Shown: positions 14,093 to 29,625 of the stretch, piece after piece | Layout of the letters: each line of letters starts with the position of its first letter | How positions within the stretch are numbered: the first letter of the stretch is position 1 | Source: Eledone cirrhosa | Taxonomy: Eukaryota | Reading direction: 5' to 3' | NCBI GenBank assembly: GCA_964016885.1 | Contig: OZ024755.1 | Location: forward strand, 12,586,001-12,650,000 | Length of the DNA stretch: 64,000 bases | Translations under genes and position numbers: made by a program | The notes under the pieces: generated by a model | The model's database searches: none | What the model was told of the DNA's origin: nothing | Seen by the model: only the letters and a program-made list of their open reading frames with translations

Positions 14093-14280
14093 TAATAATT
14101 GCTTCTACTTTTGGCACAAGGCCAGCAATTATCTCACTGTATTACTGGTACTTTATTTTATCTTCCCCGTAAGGATGAAAGGCAAAGTTAAAGCAAAGTT
14201 CACTTCGGCGGGATTTGAACTCAGACCGTAAAGAGGCGTAACTCTATGCTTCAAAGCATCGCGTCCGACCCTGTACCGAT
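14093..14280 (-). mobile_element. SINE-A, short variant with internal GCAAAGTT duplication
   Basis: Alignment to other copies. Confidence 0.9.
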
Positions 14281-14329
14281 AATAATAACGATGAAGAGGA
14301 TGACGATAACTTGTTTCTGTGTCTTTATA

Positions 14330-14332
14330 AAG

Positions 14333-14364
<32 letters not shown>

Positions 14365-15553
14365 TCTTTTTGTTTTTGTTGATGTTTTTGTTGTTGCTAT
14401 GTTATTAATGTTGTTGTTATGTTGTTAATGGTGTTATGTTGTCATGTTGTTAATGTTGTTGTTATGTTGTTGCTGTTGTTATGTTGTTAATGTTGTTATG
14501 TTGTTAATGTTGTTATGTTGTTATGTTGTTAATGTTGTTATGTTGTTAATGTTGTTGTTATGCTGTTAATGTTGTTATGTTGTCAATGTTGTTATGTTGT
14601 TAATGTTGTTGTTATGTTGTTAATGGTGTTGTTATGTTGTTGGCTGTTGTTATGTTGTTAATGTTGTTGTTATGCTGTTAATGTTATGTTGTCAATGTTG
14701 TTGTTATGTTGTTGCTGTTGTTATGGTGATAACATGTTTATCCATCCTGATGAAGGTTAATGTCATTGTTGATGTTGTTGATGTTGATGATGATGAGTTG
14801 TTTACTCCTCATAATGGCGGTTGTTGTTGTTATAGTTGTTGTTATTCTTGTTGTTGAAGTTGTGATGTTTTGCTGTTAATGAGGAACATGGTTTTTAGTG
14901 GTGGAGATGGTGGTGGTGATGGTGGTGGTGGAGATGGTGGTGGAGATGGCGGTGTTGTGGTGGTGGTGATGATGGTGGTGGTGGTGATGGTGGTGGTGAT
15001 GTTGGTGGTGGTGGTGATGGTGGTGGTGGTGGTGGTGGTGGAGATGGTGGTGGAGATGGCGGTGTTGTGGTGGTGGTGATGATGGTGGTGGTGGTGATGG
15101 TGGTGGTGATGTTGGTGGTGGTGGTGATGGTGGTGGTGGTGGTGGTGGTGGAGATGGTGGTGATGGTGGTGGTGGTGGTGGTGGTGGTGGAGATGGTGGT
15201 GGTGGTGGTGGTGGAGATGGTGGTGATGGTGGTGGTGGTGGTGGTGGAGATGGTGGTGGTGGTGGCGGTGACTGCAACTATGGTGATGTCGATGATGATG
15301 TTCTTAACGATTCTAGTTTATGCTGCTGCTGCTGCTGCTAAAGCCAGGCTTGTTTACACACCTCAATGAATAACTTTGTTGTTGCTGTTGTTGGCGTTGT
15401 TGATGTTTTTGTTGCAATTTTATTACTGTTGTTATTGTTGTTGCTGTTGTTGCTAATGTTGTTATTGTTATCGTGACTGTTGTTGTTGCTATTGTTGTTG
15501 TTGTGGATAATAGTTGTTTTGCCATTGCTTAATTGGTTGTGGTGGTAGTAGTG

Positions 15554-15612
<59 letters not shown>

Positions 15613-15622
15613 GGTAGCAGTG

Positions 15623-15666
<44 letters not shown>

Positions 15667-15697
15667 GGTGGTGGTAATGGTAGTAGTGGTAGCAGTG

Positions 15698-15741
<44 letters not shown>

Positions 15742-15758
15742 AGCAGTGGTAATAATAA

Positions 15759-15795
<37 letters not shown>

Positions 15796-15860
15796 GGTGG
15801 TGGTGGTGGTGGTAGTAGTGATATTAATAATAATAGTGGTAATGATGATTATTATGCCAT
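14330..15860. repeat. Cluster of (TGT)n, (GGT)n and (AGT)n trinucleotide arrays
   Basis: Direct reading. Confidence 0.9.
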
Positions 15861-15889
15861 GATGATGGTAATGATAATGATAGTGTTGA

Positions 15890-16079
15890 TAATAATTGTT
15901 TCTACTTTTGGCACAAGGCCAGCAATTATCCAGTGTATTACTGGTACTTTATTTTATCGACGTCGTCAGGATGAAGGGTAAAGTTAACCTCGGCGGGATT
16001 TGAACTCAGAATGGCAAGGACCGTAACTCTTTGCGTCAAAACATGCCGTCAGACCCTCTACCGATACTGCCAATCCACC
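15890..16079 (-). mobile_element. SINE-A, short variant, full length
   Basis: Alignment to other copies. Confidence 0.9.
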
Positions 16080-16609
16080 AATGGAGAATGTTTATATATT
16101 AGATTGGTATTTCTGATACTGTTGTTGTTGTTGTTGTTGATGATGTCAGCTGATGTGTTATTGTTTCTTATGATGGTGACAGCTTCAGTAATAGTGACAA
16201 TGGCGATGGTGGGGGTTGTGTCATTGTTGGTGATGGTAATGAGTTTACTGTCGTCGTCGTTGTCGTTGTTGTTGATTTTATCAGTTGCCATTTTATTGTA
16301 TAATGATGTGGGTGGGTGGTAAGAATATTAATGATGCTGTTGCTACGGACGACGACAGTGGCGGCGGTTTTGTTGTTGTTGTTGGTGGGGGTGGTGGTAT
16401 TCTTGTTTTTATTTTTTTAGCCCTATGTCAGCTTTCATTAAGCAGTCCTATGGGACGTGGGTTGTCAGTCGACGAACGAGGTGTCACCCAGAGATCAACA
16501 ATCCTATTTATATCTTGTTACCGCCGAGCCAAGACCCATAGTGTATCTAGGAGTATGTAGTATGAATGTCCACATATATTGCACTTGCTCTACTAGGACT
16601 AAATTAAAG

Positions 16610-17030
16610 CAACTAGGCACTCTGGACTACAGAGAATATGGGAGCAACAGCATTTATGTATGCTAGATAACATTTAGGGTCTCCAACACCAGCTAGGGGT
16701 CCTGCGCTAGTAAACATTTTGGGACCCACAGCATCTGCTCGGAGATATGGGCCAGAGAACATTTAGGGTCTCACCCTCTCCTAGGGGACCTGGTGTAGAG
16801 AGCATTGAGGGACCACACCGTAAACTAGGGTGTCCTGTACATTTGGCGATCACAACATCTGCTTGTAAGAAACCCAGTGAAAATTAAATGTAGATGAATG
16901 TAGAACTACACACAGTTTAGATTCTAGCATCGATCTTTGCTGACCTCTAAACCAAGGGCCTTATCCCCCAAACAACTCTAGATAAAAGCGGTTTGGGGCC
17001 CTGGGCTAGAGAACATTCAAACCCTCCAGC
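16610..17030. repeat. Old degenerate ~44-bp minisatellite
   Basis: Recurring GCTAGA.AACATTTAGGG.C..CA.CA.C.GCTAGGGG.CCTG at ~16661, 16706, 16751, 16794 and 17004. Confidence 0.6.
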
Positions 17031-18077
17031 AACTGCTCTCAAGAAACATAATCCAAATTAAATGTATTTGAATATAGACCTACATCTAGAACGATAGTGT
17101 GATTCCAACATTAGTCCATGCCAACCTCTAGAAGATGGATGACATCCAAAGAGAGGGTCAGATTAAAGTAACTAGAAGCCCTTGGCTAGGAATTATTGAA
17201 AGAAAGAATTGTTACCATTACTTGCGGGTCGAGCGACCTCATAGAGCTTTCTTTCGTGAGGATGATGTTAGTGTTATAATGATGATAATTGTGGTGGTTG
17301 TGGTGACATTATGTTGGTGGTGGTGGTAGTGATGGAGATGTCATTATGATGATGGTGGTGATGGAGTTGTCATTATGATGGTGGTGGTTGTGGTGACATT
17401 ATGATGGTGGTGGTGGTGGTGGTGTCATGATGTCGGTGATGGCAGTAGTTCCATTATGCTGGTGGTGATGACAGTGGTGGTGTTGGTGTCATGTTTGTTG
17501 TGGTGTTGGTGTCATGGTGGTTGTGGTAAGATGTTATGTTGGTTATGGTGGTAGAGTATTGTTATATATATATGTATATATATATATATATATATATACA
17601 TTATAAAGAAAGAAGAAACAATAGATATAATTAATAAGATATACCATACACAAATTTCTTCACTAGTCCTCGACTACGTAGTTTCGTGGCTTATTATGCA
17701 AAAACACTACATCAAGGGATATATGTGGGTATATTCATGTATATGTATGTATTCGCATGTGTCTGTGTATTTCTTTATATTGTGTTTATATATATATATA
17801 TATATATGTTTATTTTCCTATCTTCGGTTTGCTTTCATCCTTCTATGTTGTTTACTTGTCTTACTCGCTTTACGCGATTTACTTGTCCCAATAGCTTTTT
17901 TTAGTTATTGCTCGCACCAACCTGAGGTATATGATTTTTAATGCGATGAAATATCAATGATGGTTGGCAAATCACTGACGAGGGACTAATTTTATCATAT
18001 GTAACCCATGTGCAACCACGCAGTATTCTTCTTTCTTCTCATGTTTTTTATACATATATATATATATATATATATCT

Positions 18078-18349
18078 TTACAAACGGCACTAGACAGAAT
18101 TGCTTCTTCATCATACACTCTCATCTCGGGAACAATTTTGAATGGCGCCAGTTCGTGATTTGAACTCGGGAATTTTATATCCTCCGAGAGAAAAGAACCC
18201 TCTGACGAAAGTCTTCCTTTTCAATGGATTTCCGTATGGATTATCCATTTATTTCGAGACTTGAAACCGCACGGTAAGGGTAATTACAGCAGGTACAGTG
18301 AACTTTTTAAAATTTATTTTTAAAACTTTTTCTTATTTGCTAAACCTTG

Positions 18350-18350
<1 letters not shown>
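18078..18350 (+). mobile_element. Penelope-like element 3' end between (TA)n tracts
   Basis: Possible GIY-YIG C-terminus relic KRH*TELLLHHTLSSREQF*M followed by a complete hammerhead fold. Confidence 0.55.
18197..18281 (+). ncRNA. Type I hammerhead ribozyme with extended stem II
   Basis: Stem I ACCCT/AGGGT, core CTGACGA, stem II AAGTCTT/GAGACTT, GAAA, stem III CCG/CGG, GUA cleavage triplet (predicted cut after 18276). Confidence 0.75.
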
Positions 18351-18407
<57 letters not shown>

Positions 18408-18408
<1 letters not shown>

Positions 18409-18604
18409 ACGAAGGAAATGTGGTAAGGAACCAGATGGACCATAACGCACCAAAGTACTCAATACTTAGGGTAGTAGAGTGGGTAATAGGGACAAGTAGG
18501 ACCCCCGACGGCTGAGCTCAAGCCGTTTCGACGGCTAATTCTGAGTCCAGAATTAGCCGTCGAAACGGCTTGAGCTCTGCCGTCGGGGTCATACTTGTTC
18601 CTAT
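18408..18604 (-). mobile_element. Family X element with ~57-bp fold-back palindrome
   Basis: Arms 18486-18543 and 18548-18604, loop AGTC; (TA)n on both sides. Confidence 0.8.
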
Positions 18605-18689
18605 ATATATATTGCGGATTATGATGGTGGCAGGAATGGTGGAGAAATAGACAGTATAATTTTTATGTTGTTATGTATATTTTTACTAT

Positions 18690-20650
18690 TGTTTATATAT
18701 TTGTTGTTGTTTTCATTGTTGCTGCTGGCGATGTTGTTGTTATTATAGTTGTTGCTATTGTTGTTGTTATTGTTACTATTGTTGTTGTTGTTATAGCTGC
18801 CATCGTTGCTGTTGTTATTGTTGTTGCTGTCATTGTTGTCGTTGTTATTGCTGTCATTGTTGTCGTTGTTATTGCTGTTATTGTTGCTGCTGCTGCTGCT
18901 ATTGTTGTTGTTATTGTGGGTACTATGTTGTTATTGTTGTTATTGCTGCTGCTAGTGTTGTTGTTATTGTTGGTACTATGTTGTTGTTGTTATTGCTGCT
19001 GCTACTATTGTTGTTGTTGTTGTTGGTACTATGTTGTTATTGTTGTTGTTATTGCTGCTGCTATTGTTGTTGATATTGCTGCTGTTGTTGTTGTTGTTGG
19101 TACTATGTTGTTGTTATTGCTGCTGCTATTGTTGTTGTTGTTACTATGTTGTTATTGTTGTTGTTGTTGGTACTATGTTGTTATTGTTGTTATTGCTGCT
19201 GCTATTGTTGTTGATATTGCTGCTGTTGTTGTTGTTGTTGGTACTATGTTGTTGTTATTGCTGCTGCTATTGTTGTTGTTACTATGTTGTTATTGTTGTT
19301 GTTGTTGGTACTATGTTGTTATTGTTGTTGTTGTTGCTACTATGTTGTTATTGTTGTTGTTGTTGGTACTATGTTGTTATTGTTGTTGTTGTTGCTACTA
19401 TGTTGTTATTGTTGTTGTTGTTGGTACTATGTTGTTATTGTTGTTGTTGTTGGTACTATGTTGTTATTGTTGAAAAGAAACGAACTGTCATCGAACGATG
19501 ACGATATATAAAGAATATGAAAAATATAACAAAACAAAACCCATATAAAACCAACAATACAACGTAAGAGTTATGATGGGGAGGAGGAAAAGGAGAAGGA
19601 GGAGGATGAGGGATGGAGAGAAAGCGCGGGAAAAGAGAGTGGTGGCGTCTCTATGTGATACGCCATGACATGGAACGATGACAGATGTAAAATAGTGTTA
19701 GAGACTTCAAACTATCGCCAACACCACCACCACTATTGTCATCATCATCAATATCACATCATCAGCACCGCCACCACCGCCACCCTCAATACATCTATTA
19801 CAACATCCACCACCACTACAAGCAACCCCACCATCACAACCATCAGTGCCACTAAAACCATCCACATCACCACCACTACAACCATACCCTCCACCACCAC
19901 TACAACCATATACACCACCACCACCCCTACAACTATCATCACCAACACCACCACCACCACAATCATCACTTACCACCACCACCACCACTACTACAACTAT
20001 CATCACCAACACCACCACCATCACCTCCACCACTACAACTATCATCACCAACACTACCACCACACCATCACTACCATTACCACCACCACTATAACCATTA
20101 CCACTACCATTACCACCACCACCACCACCACCATCACTACCACCATCACCACTACTACAACCATCACCACTACCAATACCACCACCACTACCACCACTAC
20201 ACCCACCACCACCACTACAACCATCACTACCACCACTACACCCACTACCACCACGATAATTAGCATTACTACTACTACTACTACAACAATCACCACGACC
20301 ACTACAAACAACACCACCACCACAAACACCAACACCACCACAAATACCAACACCACCACCACCAATACTACCACCACTACAACCACTAGCATCACCACGA
20401 CCACTACAAACACCATCACCATCACAAACACTGCCACCACCACAAACACCACCACCCCCAATACCCCCCACCACAGCCACTGTAAACGCCTATCAGCGCC
20501 ACCACCACCACCACCGCCGCCAACAACAGCAACTTCCACCACTATCAGTATGTTTGTTCCTCTGCCAACCCCAATCCCATCACTACCACCACCATCACCT
20601 CTGTCCTCCACCACCACTACCACCACTACCACCACTACCACCACCATAGC
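18690..20650. repeat. (TTG)n-rich array (18690-19470) and (ACC)/(ACT)-rich array (19720-20650)
   Basis: Direct reading. Confidence 0.9.
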
Positions 20651-20982
20651 CACCAGTCACCACCTGTCTGTTATCTTTCACTTTCCTCTTTACACCTCCC
20701 TAATTCAGTCCCGGTCTTTCCTCCCCTGTTTCCCTCACGTTCCCAACTCTAAGCCGTTTATGCATGGATTTATCTGAATACATTAACCGAAATTTGAAAT
20801 CCGCCATTTTATATTTTACATTTAGCTCACCGCCATCTTAACAGCGATGGGTTTGTGGCTCCTTTTGTTATAAAATTGTTACGCTATGAACGTGTGAATG
20901 TATGTATGTATGTGTATGAGTGTCTGTATTTATCTATCAATCTATTTATCTATAATTATATGCATTTATACATAAGTGTGTT

Positions 20983-21013
<31 letters not shown>

Positions 21014-21129
21014 ATGCACGGGAGTATATGTATACATATATTTGTATATCTATATAACTGTGTGTGTATATAAATATATATATATATGTATATATACGAG
21101 TGGAATATATATATATATATACAAGTGGA

Positions 21130-21167
<38 letters not shown>

Positions 21168-21225
21168 GTTCTTAACCCCTCTTCTCCTTCTGGCTGGTCA
21201 GAAGTGTTCTCGTCTTCGCCCCCTA

Positions 21226-21260
<35 letters not shown>

Positions 21261-21264
21261 TATC

Positions 21265-21296
<32 letters not shown>

Positions 21297-21760
21297 CTGT
21301 CGTCGTTATATGTTCCTGCAGTTTTCTAAAACTCATGAAGCAAAATTCGAGGACTTCTTTTTACACGATGACTAACTGCCCGATGGTAGTGGTAATGGTA
21401 ATGGTGGTGGTAAATGTCGTGGTAGTAGTGGTAGTAGTGGTGATGGTGGTACCACGAGAGCAACATGACATAAGTTCAAAGATGAATCAGGGTGGAGAGG
21501 GCGAGTCTGTAGTGGTGGGGGGAGAGGAAGCAGGGGGGGGGGGTGAAGAAGGGTAGTGAGGGGGAGTGTGTAGTGGTGGTGGGGGATATGAAGCAGGGTT
21601 GTGAGGGGGAGTGTGTAGTGGTGGGGGGAGATGAAGAAGGGCGGTAAGGGGTGGTGTAGTGTGGGGGGGGGGGTGAAAGATGAAAAAGTAGAATGAATGA
21701 CAGGATGAAAGAAGAAAAGTCAAGGAAGAAGAAAGGCCGAGATAGATAGATAGATAGATA

Positions 21761-21799
21761 AATTTCTTTATTAGCCACAAGGGCACAAAAGAAGGAGAC

Positions 21800-21802
<3 letters not shown>
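21761..21802 (-). mobile_element. Extreme 3' end (~42 bp) of the L1/Tx1-like element, second copy
   Basis: TTTCTTTATTAGCCACAAGGGCACAAAAGAAGGAGACAAA is near-identical to 21927-21966; (GATA)n on both sides. Confidence 0.8.
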
Positions 21803-21867
<65 letters not shown>

Positions 21868-21924
21868 GTACATATATATATAAAGAGAGAGAGGGAGAGA
21901 TATAGATCGATAGATATATAGATA

Positions 21925-22541
21925 TGTTTCTTTATTAGCCACAGGGGCACAAAAGAAGGGGACAAATACAAAGGGGGAAGTTTACATACAATAAAAACGT
22001 GTAAAATGTTATCACAAATGCAATTTAAAAAATTAGTCGATTTTCCCCAATAGGGGAGACAGTTTATATGGGTAACACATACCCCCGAAAAAATGTGAAA
22101 CCCTCATCTCCAGGAGTACGAAGAGTTTGTACTCCTTTCCTCTCCTCCTCCTTTTCCTCAACCTACAGGCTGATATAGAGAGAAGGCCCATTCACTCGGG
22201 CCATTCTCGCCACTTTCACCCACCTTTCATAAAACTTGCCGGGGTACAGCACCTCTCTCTCCATCCTGATTCTTCTTCCAAAGTGGTATTTGAAAAAAAG
22301 AATCAGTTGTTGGCTGGAGAGAAAGGTGTCTGACCTCAGCCCTTTCAACCTTGTCCACCATACAACCTCTTTCGCCATAGCTATCACACAAAGGAAAACC
22401 GCCTCTCCTTCGTTTTTGAAGGAGGGTGGCGGTTTGATCATGACAATGGACTCGGTGGTCAACCAGATTGGTCCCACCCGCGACAATAGTCGTTCTACAT
22501 AGCCCCACAGGTCAGTGGCGCCCGGGCAGTGTATGAATGCG
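21925..22541 (-). mobile_element. 5'-truncated L1/Tx1-like non-LTR retrotransposon: ORF2 C-terminus, 3' UTR and AATAAA
   Basis: AFIHCPGATDLWGYVERLL...IAMAKEVVWWTR...FFKYHFGRRIRMER...FYERW, stop at 22163; matches the post-zinc-knuckle pattern of L1/Tx1 ORF2. Confidence 0.75.
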
Positions 22542-22577
<36 letters not shown>

Positions 22578-22740
22578 GTGGGAGAGAGATATAGACAGAG
22601 AAAAGGCAAGAAAAATAGATAGATAGAGAGAGGGGGGAGGGAATGGTATAAGATATGAGAAAATTATGTAAATCTTTATATGTGGAAGACAAGAGGAAGA
22701 TTGGTTGTCGTAGAATTAGCAGGAATATTACACACGGTAA

Positions 22741-25700
22741 CATACAACACATACAACACATACTACACATACAACACATACTACACATACAACACATACA
22801 ACACATACTACACATACAACACATACAACACATACAACACATACTACACATACAACACATACAACACATACTACACATACAACACATACTACACATACAA
22901 CACATACAACACATACAACACATACTACACATACTACACATACAACACATACAACACATACAACACATACAACACATACAACACATACAACACATACAAC
23001 ACATACAACACATACAACACATACTACACATACAACACATACAACACATACAACACATACTACACATACAACACATACAACACATACAACACATACAACA
23101 CATACAACACATACAACACATACAACACATACAACACATACTACACATACAACACATACAACACATACAACACATACTACACATACAACACATACAACAC
23201 ATACTACACATACAACACATACAACACATACAACACATACAACACATACAATACATACAACACATACAACACATACAATACATACAACACATACAACACA
23301 TACAACACATACAACACATACAACACATACAACACATACAACACATACTACACATACAACACATACAACACATACAACACATACAACACATACAATACAT
23401 ACAACACATACAATACATACAACACATACAACACATACAACACATACAACACATACAACACATACAACACATACAACACATACTACACATACAACACATA
23501 CAACACATACAACACATACAACACATACAACACATACAACACATACAACACATACAACACATACAACACATACAACACATACAACACATACAACACATAC
23601 TACACATACTACACATACTACACATACAACACATACAACACATACTACACATACTACACATACTACACATACAACACATACAACACATACAACACATACA
23701 ACACATACAACACATACAACACATACAACACATACAACACATACAACACATACAACACATACAACACATACTACACATACTACACATACTACACATACAA
23801 CACATACAACACATACTACACATACTACACATACTACACATACAACACATACAACACATACAACACATACTACACATACAACACATACAACACATACAAC
23901 ACATACAATACATACTACACATACAACACATACAACACATACAACACATACAACACATACAACACATACAATACATACAACACATACAATACATACTACA
24001 CATACAACACATACAACACATACAACACATACAACACATACAATACATACTACACATACAACACATACAACACATACAACACATACAACACATACAACAC
24101 ATACTACACATACAACACATACAACACATACAACACATACAATACATACAATACATACAACACATACAATACATACAATACATACAACACATACAATACA
24201 TACAATACATACAATACATACAATACATACAATACATACAACACATACAACACATACTACACATACAACACATACAACACATACTACACATACAACACAT
24301 ACAACACATACTACACATACAACACATACAACACATACAACACATACTACACATACAACACATACAACACATACAATACATACAACACATACAACACATA
24401 CAACACATACTACACATACAACACATACAACACATACAACACATACTACACATACAACACATACAACACATACAACACATACAACACATACAACACATAC
24501 TACACATACAACACATACAACACATACAACACATACAATACATACAATACATACAATACATACAACACATACAACACATACAACACATACAACACATACA
24601 ACACATACAACACATACAACACATACAACACATACAACACATACAACACATACAACACATACAACACATACAACACATACAACACATACAACACATACTA
24701 CACATACTACACATACTACACATACAACACATACAACACATACAACACATACAACACATACAATACATACAACACATACAATACATACAACACATACAAC
24801 ACATACAACACATACAACACATACAACACATACAACACATACAATACATACAACACATACAATACATACAACACATACAACACATACAATACATACAACA
24901 CATACAACACATACAACACATACTACACATACTACACATACAACACATACAACACATACAACACATACAACACATACAACACATACAATACATACAACAC
25001 ATACAATACATACAACACATACAACACATACAACACATACAACACATACAACACATACAATACATACAACACATACAATACATACAACACATACAACACA
25101 TACAACACATACAACACATACTACACATACTACACATACAACACATACTACACATACTACACATACAACACATACAACACATACAACACATACAACACAT
25201 ACAATACATACAACACATACAACACATACAACACATACAACACATACAACACATACAACACATACAACACATACAACACATACTACACATACTACACATA
25301 CAATACATACAACACATACAATACATACAACACATACAACACATACAACACATACAACACATACAACACATACAACACATACAACACATACAATACATAC
25401 AACACATACAATACATACAACACATACAATACATACAACACATACAACACATACAATACATACAACACATACAACACATACAACACATACAACACATACA
25501 ACACATACTACACATACTACACATACTACACATACTACACATACAACACATACAACACATACAACACATACTACACATACAACACATACAACACATACAA
25601 CACATACAACACATACAACACATACAACACATACTACACATACAATACATACAACACATACAACACATACAACACATACAACACATACAACACATACAAC

Positions 25701-28700
25701 ACATACTACACATACTACACATACAATACATACAACACATACAATACATACAACACATACAACACATACAATACATACAACACATACAACACATACAACA
25801 CATACAACACATACAACACATACTACACATACTACACATACTACACATACAACACATACAACACATACAACACATACTACACATACAACACATACAACAC
25901 ATACAACACATACAACACATACAACACATACAACACATACTACACATACAATACATACAACACATACAACACATACAACACATACAACACATACAACACA
26001 TACAACACATACAACACATACAATACATACAACACATACAACACATACAACACATACAACACATACAACACATACAACACATACAACACATACAACACAT
26101 ACTACACATACTACACATACAATACATACAACACATACAATACATACAACACATACAACACATACAACACATACAACACATACAACACATACAACACATA
26201 CAACACATACAATACATACAACACATACAATACATACAACACATACAATACATACAACACATACAACACATACAATACATACAACACATACAACACATAC
26301 AACACATACAACACATACAACACATACAACACATACTACACATACTACACATACTACACATACAACACATACAATACATACAACACATACAACACATACT
26401 ACACATACTACACATACAATACATACAACACATACAATACATACAACACATACAATACATACAACACATACAACACATACAATACATACAATACATACAA
26501 CACATACAACACATACAACACATACAACACATACAACACATACTACACATACTACACATACTACACATACAACACATACAACACATACAACACATACTAC
26601 ACATACAACACATACAACACATACTACACATACTACACATACAACACATACAACACATACAACACATACAACACATACAACACATACAACACATACAACA
26701 CATACAACACATACAACACATACTACACATACTACACATACAACACATACAACACATACAACACATACAACACATACTACACATACTACACATACAACAC
26801 ATACAACACATACAACACATACTACACATACAATACATACAACACATACAACACATACAACACATACTACACATACTACACATACAACACATACAACACA
26901 TACAACACATACAACACATACAACACATACAACACATACAACACATACAACACATACTACACATACAATACATACAACACATACAACACATACAACACAT
27001 ACAACACATACAACACATACAACACATACAACACATACTACACATACTACACATACAACACATACAACACATACAACACATACAACACATACAACACATA
27101 CAACACATACTACACATACTACACATACAACACATACAACACATACAACACATACAACACATACAACACATACTACACATACAACACATACAACACATAC
27201 AACACATACAACACATACAACACATACTACACATACAACACATACAACACATACAACACATACTACACATACAACACATACAACACATACAACACATACA
27301 ACACATACTACACATACAACACATACAACACATACAACACATACAACACATACTACACATACAACACATACAACACATACAACACATACAACACATACAA
27401 CACATACTACACATACAACACATACAACACATACAACACATACAACACATACTACACATACAACACATACAACACATACTACACATACAACACATACAAC
27501 ACATACAACACATACAACACATACTACACATACTACACATACAACACATACAACACATACAACACATACAACACATACAACACATACTACACATACAACA
27601 CATACAACACATACAACACATACAACACATACAACACATACTACACATACAACACATACAACACATACAACACATACTACACATACAACACATACAACAC
27701 ATACAACACATACAACACATACTACACATACAACACATACAACACATACAACACATACAACACATACTACACATACAACACATACAACACATACAACACA
27801 TACAACACATACAACACATACTACACATACAACACATACAACACATACAACACATACAACACATACTACACATACAACACATACAACACATACTACACAT
27901 ACAACACATACAACACATACAACACATACAACACATACTACACATACAACACATACAACACATACAACACATACAACACATACAATACATACAACACATA
28001 CAACACATACAACACATACAACACATACAATACATACAACACATACAACACATACAACACATACAACACATACAACACATACAACACATACAACACATAC
28101 AACACATACTACACATACTACACATACTACACATACAACACATACAACACATACTACACATACAACACATACAACACATACTACACATACAACACATACA
28201 ACACATACAACACATACAACACATACAACACATACAACACATACAACACATACAACACATACAACACATACAACACATACAACACATACTACACATACTA
28301 CACATACTACACATACTACACATACAACACATACAACACATACTACACATACAACACATACAACACATACAACACATACAACACATACAACACATACAAC
28401 ACATACAACACATACTACACATACAACACATACTACACATACAACACATACAACACATACAACACATACAACACATACAACACATACAACACATACAACA
28501 CATACAACACATACAACACATACAACACATACAACACATACTACACATACAACACATACAACACATACAACACATACAACACATACTACACATACAACAC
28601 ATACAACACATACTACACATACAACACATACAACACATACAACACATACAACACATACTACACATACAACACATACAACACATACAACACATACTACACA

Positions 28701-29625
28701 TACAACACATACTACACATACAACACATACAACACATACAACACATACAACACATACAACACATACTACACATACAACACATACTACACATACAACACAT
28801 ACAACACATACTACACATACAACACATACAACACATACAACACATACAACACATACAACACATACTACACATACAACACATACAACACATACAACACATA
28901 CAACACATACTACACATACTACACATACAACACATACAACACATACAACACATACAACACATACAACACATACAACACATACAACACATACAACACATAC
29001 AACACATACTACACATACAACACATACAACACATACAACACATACAACACATACTACACATACAACACATACAATACATACAACACATACAACACATACA
29101 ACACATACAACACATACAACACATACTACACATACAACACATACAACACATACAACACATACTACACATACAACACATACAACACATACAATACATACAA
29201 TACATACAACACATACAACACATACTACACATACAACACATACAACACATACAACACATACTACACATACTACACATACAACACATACAATACATACAAC
29301 ACATACAACACATACTACACATACAACACATACAACACATACAACACATACAACACATACTACACATACAACACATACAACACATACAACACATACTACA
29401 CATACTACACATACAACACATACAATACATACAACACATACAACACATACAACACATACTACACATACAACACATACAACACATACAACACATACTACAC
29501 ATACAACACATACAACACATACAACACATACAACACATACAACACATACAACACATACTACACATACAACACATACAACACATACAACACATACAACACA
29601 TACAATACATACAACACATACAACA
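22741..29625. repeat. 9-bp tandem satellite (CATACAACA) x765 with variants CATACTACA and CATACAATA
   Basis: 6,885 bp = 765 x 9; uninterrupted ORFs across it show no frameshifting indels. Confidence 0.98.

Noticed and set aside
17970-18030. CTGACGA (and CTGATGA at 54163) as hammerhead cores
   Set aside because: The two loci are related repeats, but no hairpin followed by GAAA follows the motif
22741-29625. Telomeric or interstitial telomeric array
   Set aside because: The unit is unrelated to TTAGGG, has no G runs, and is internal with unique flanks
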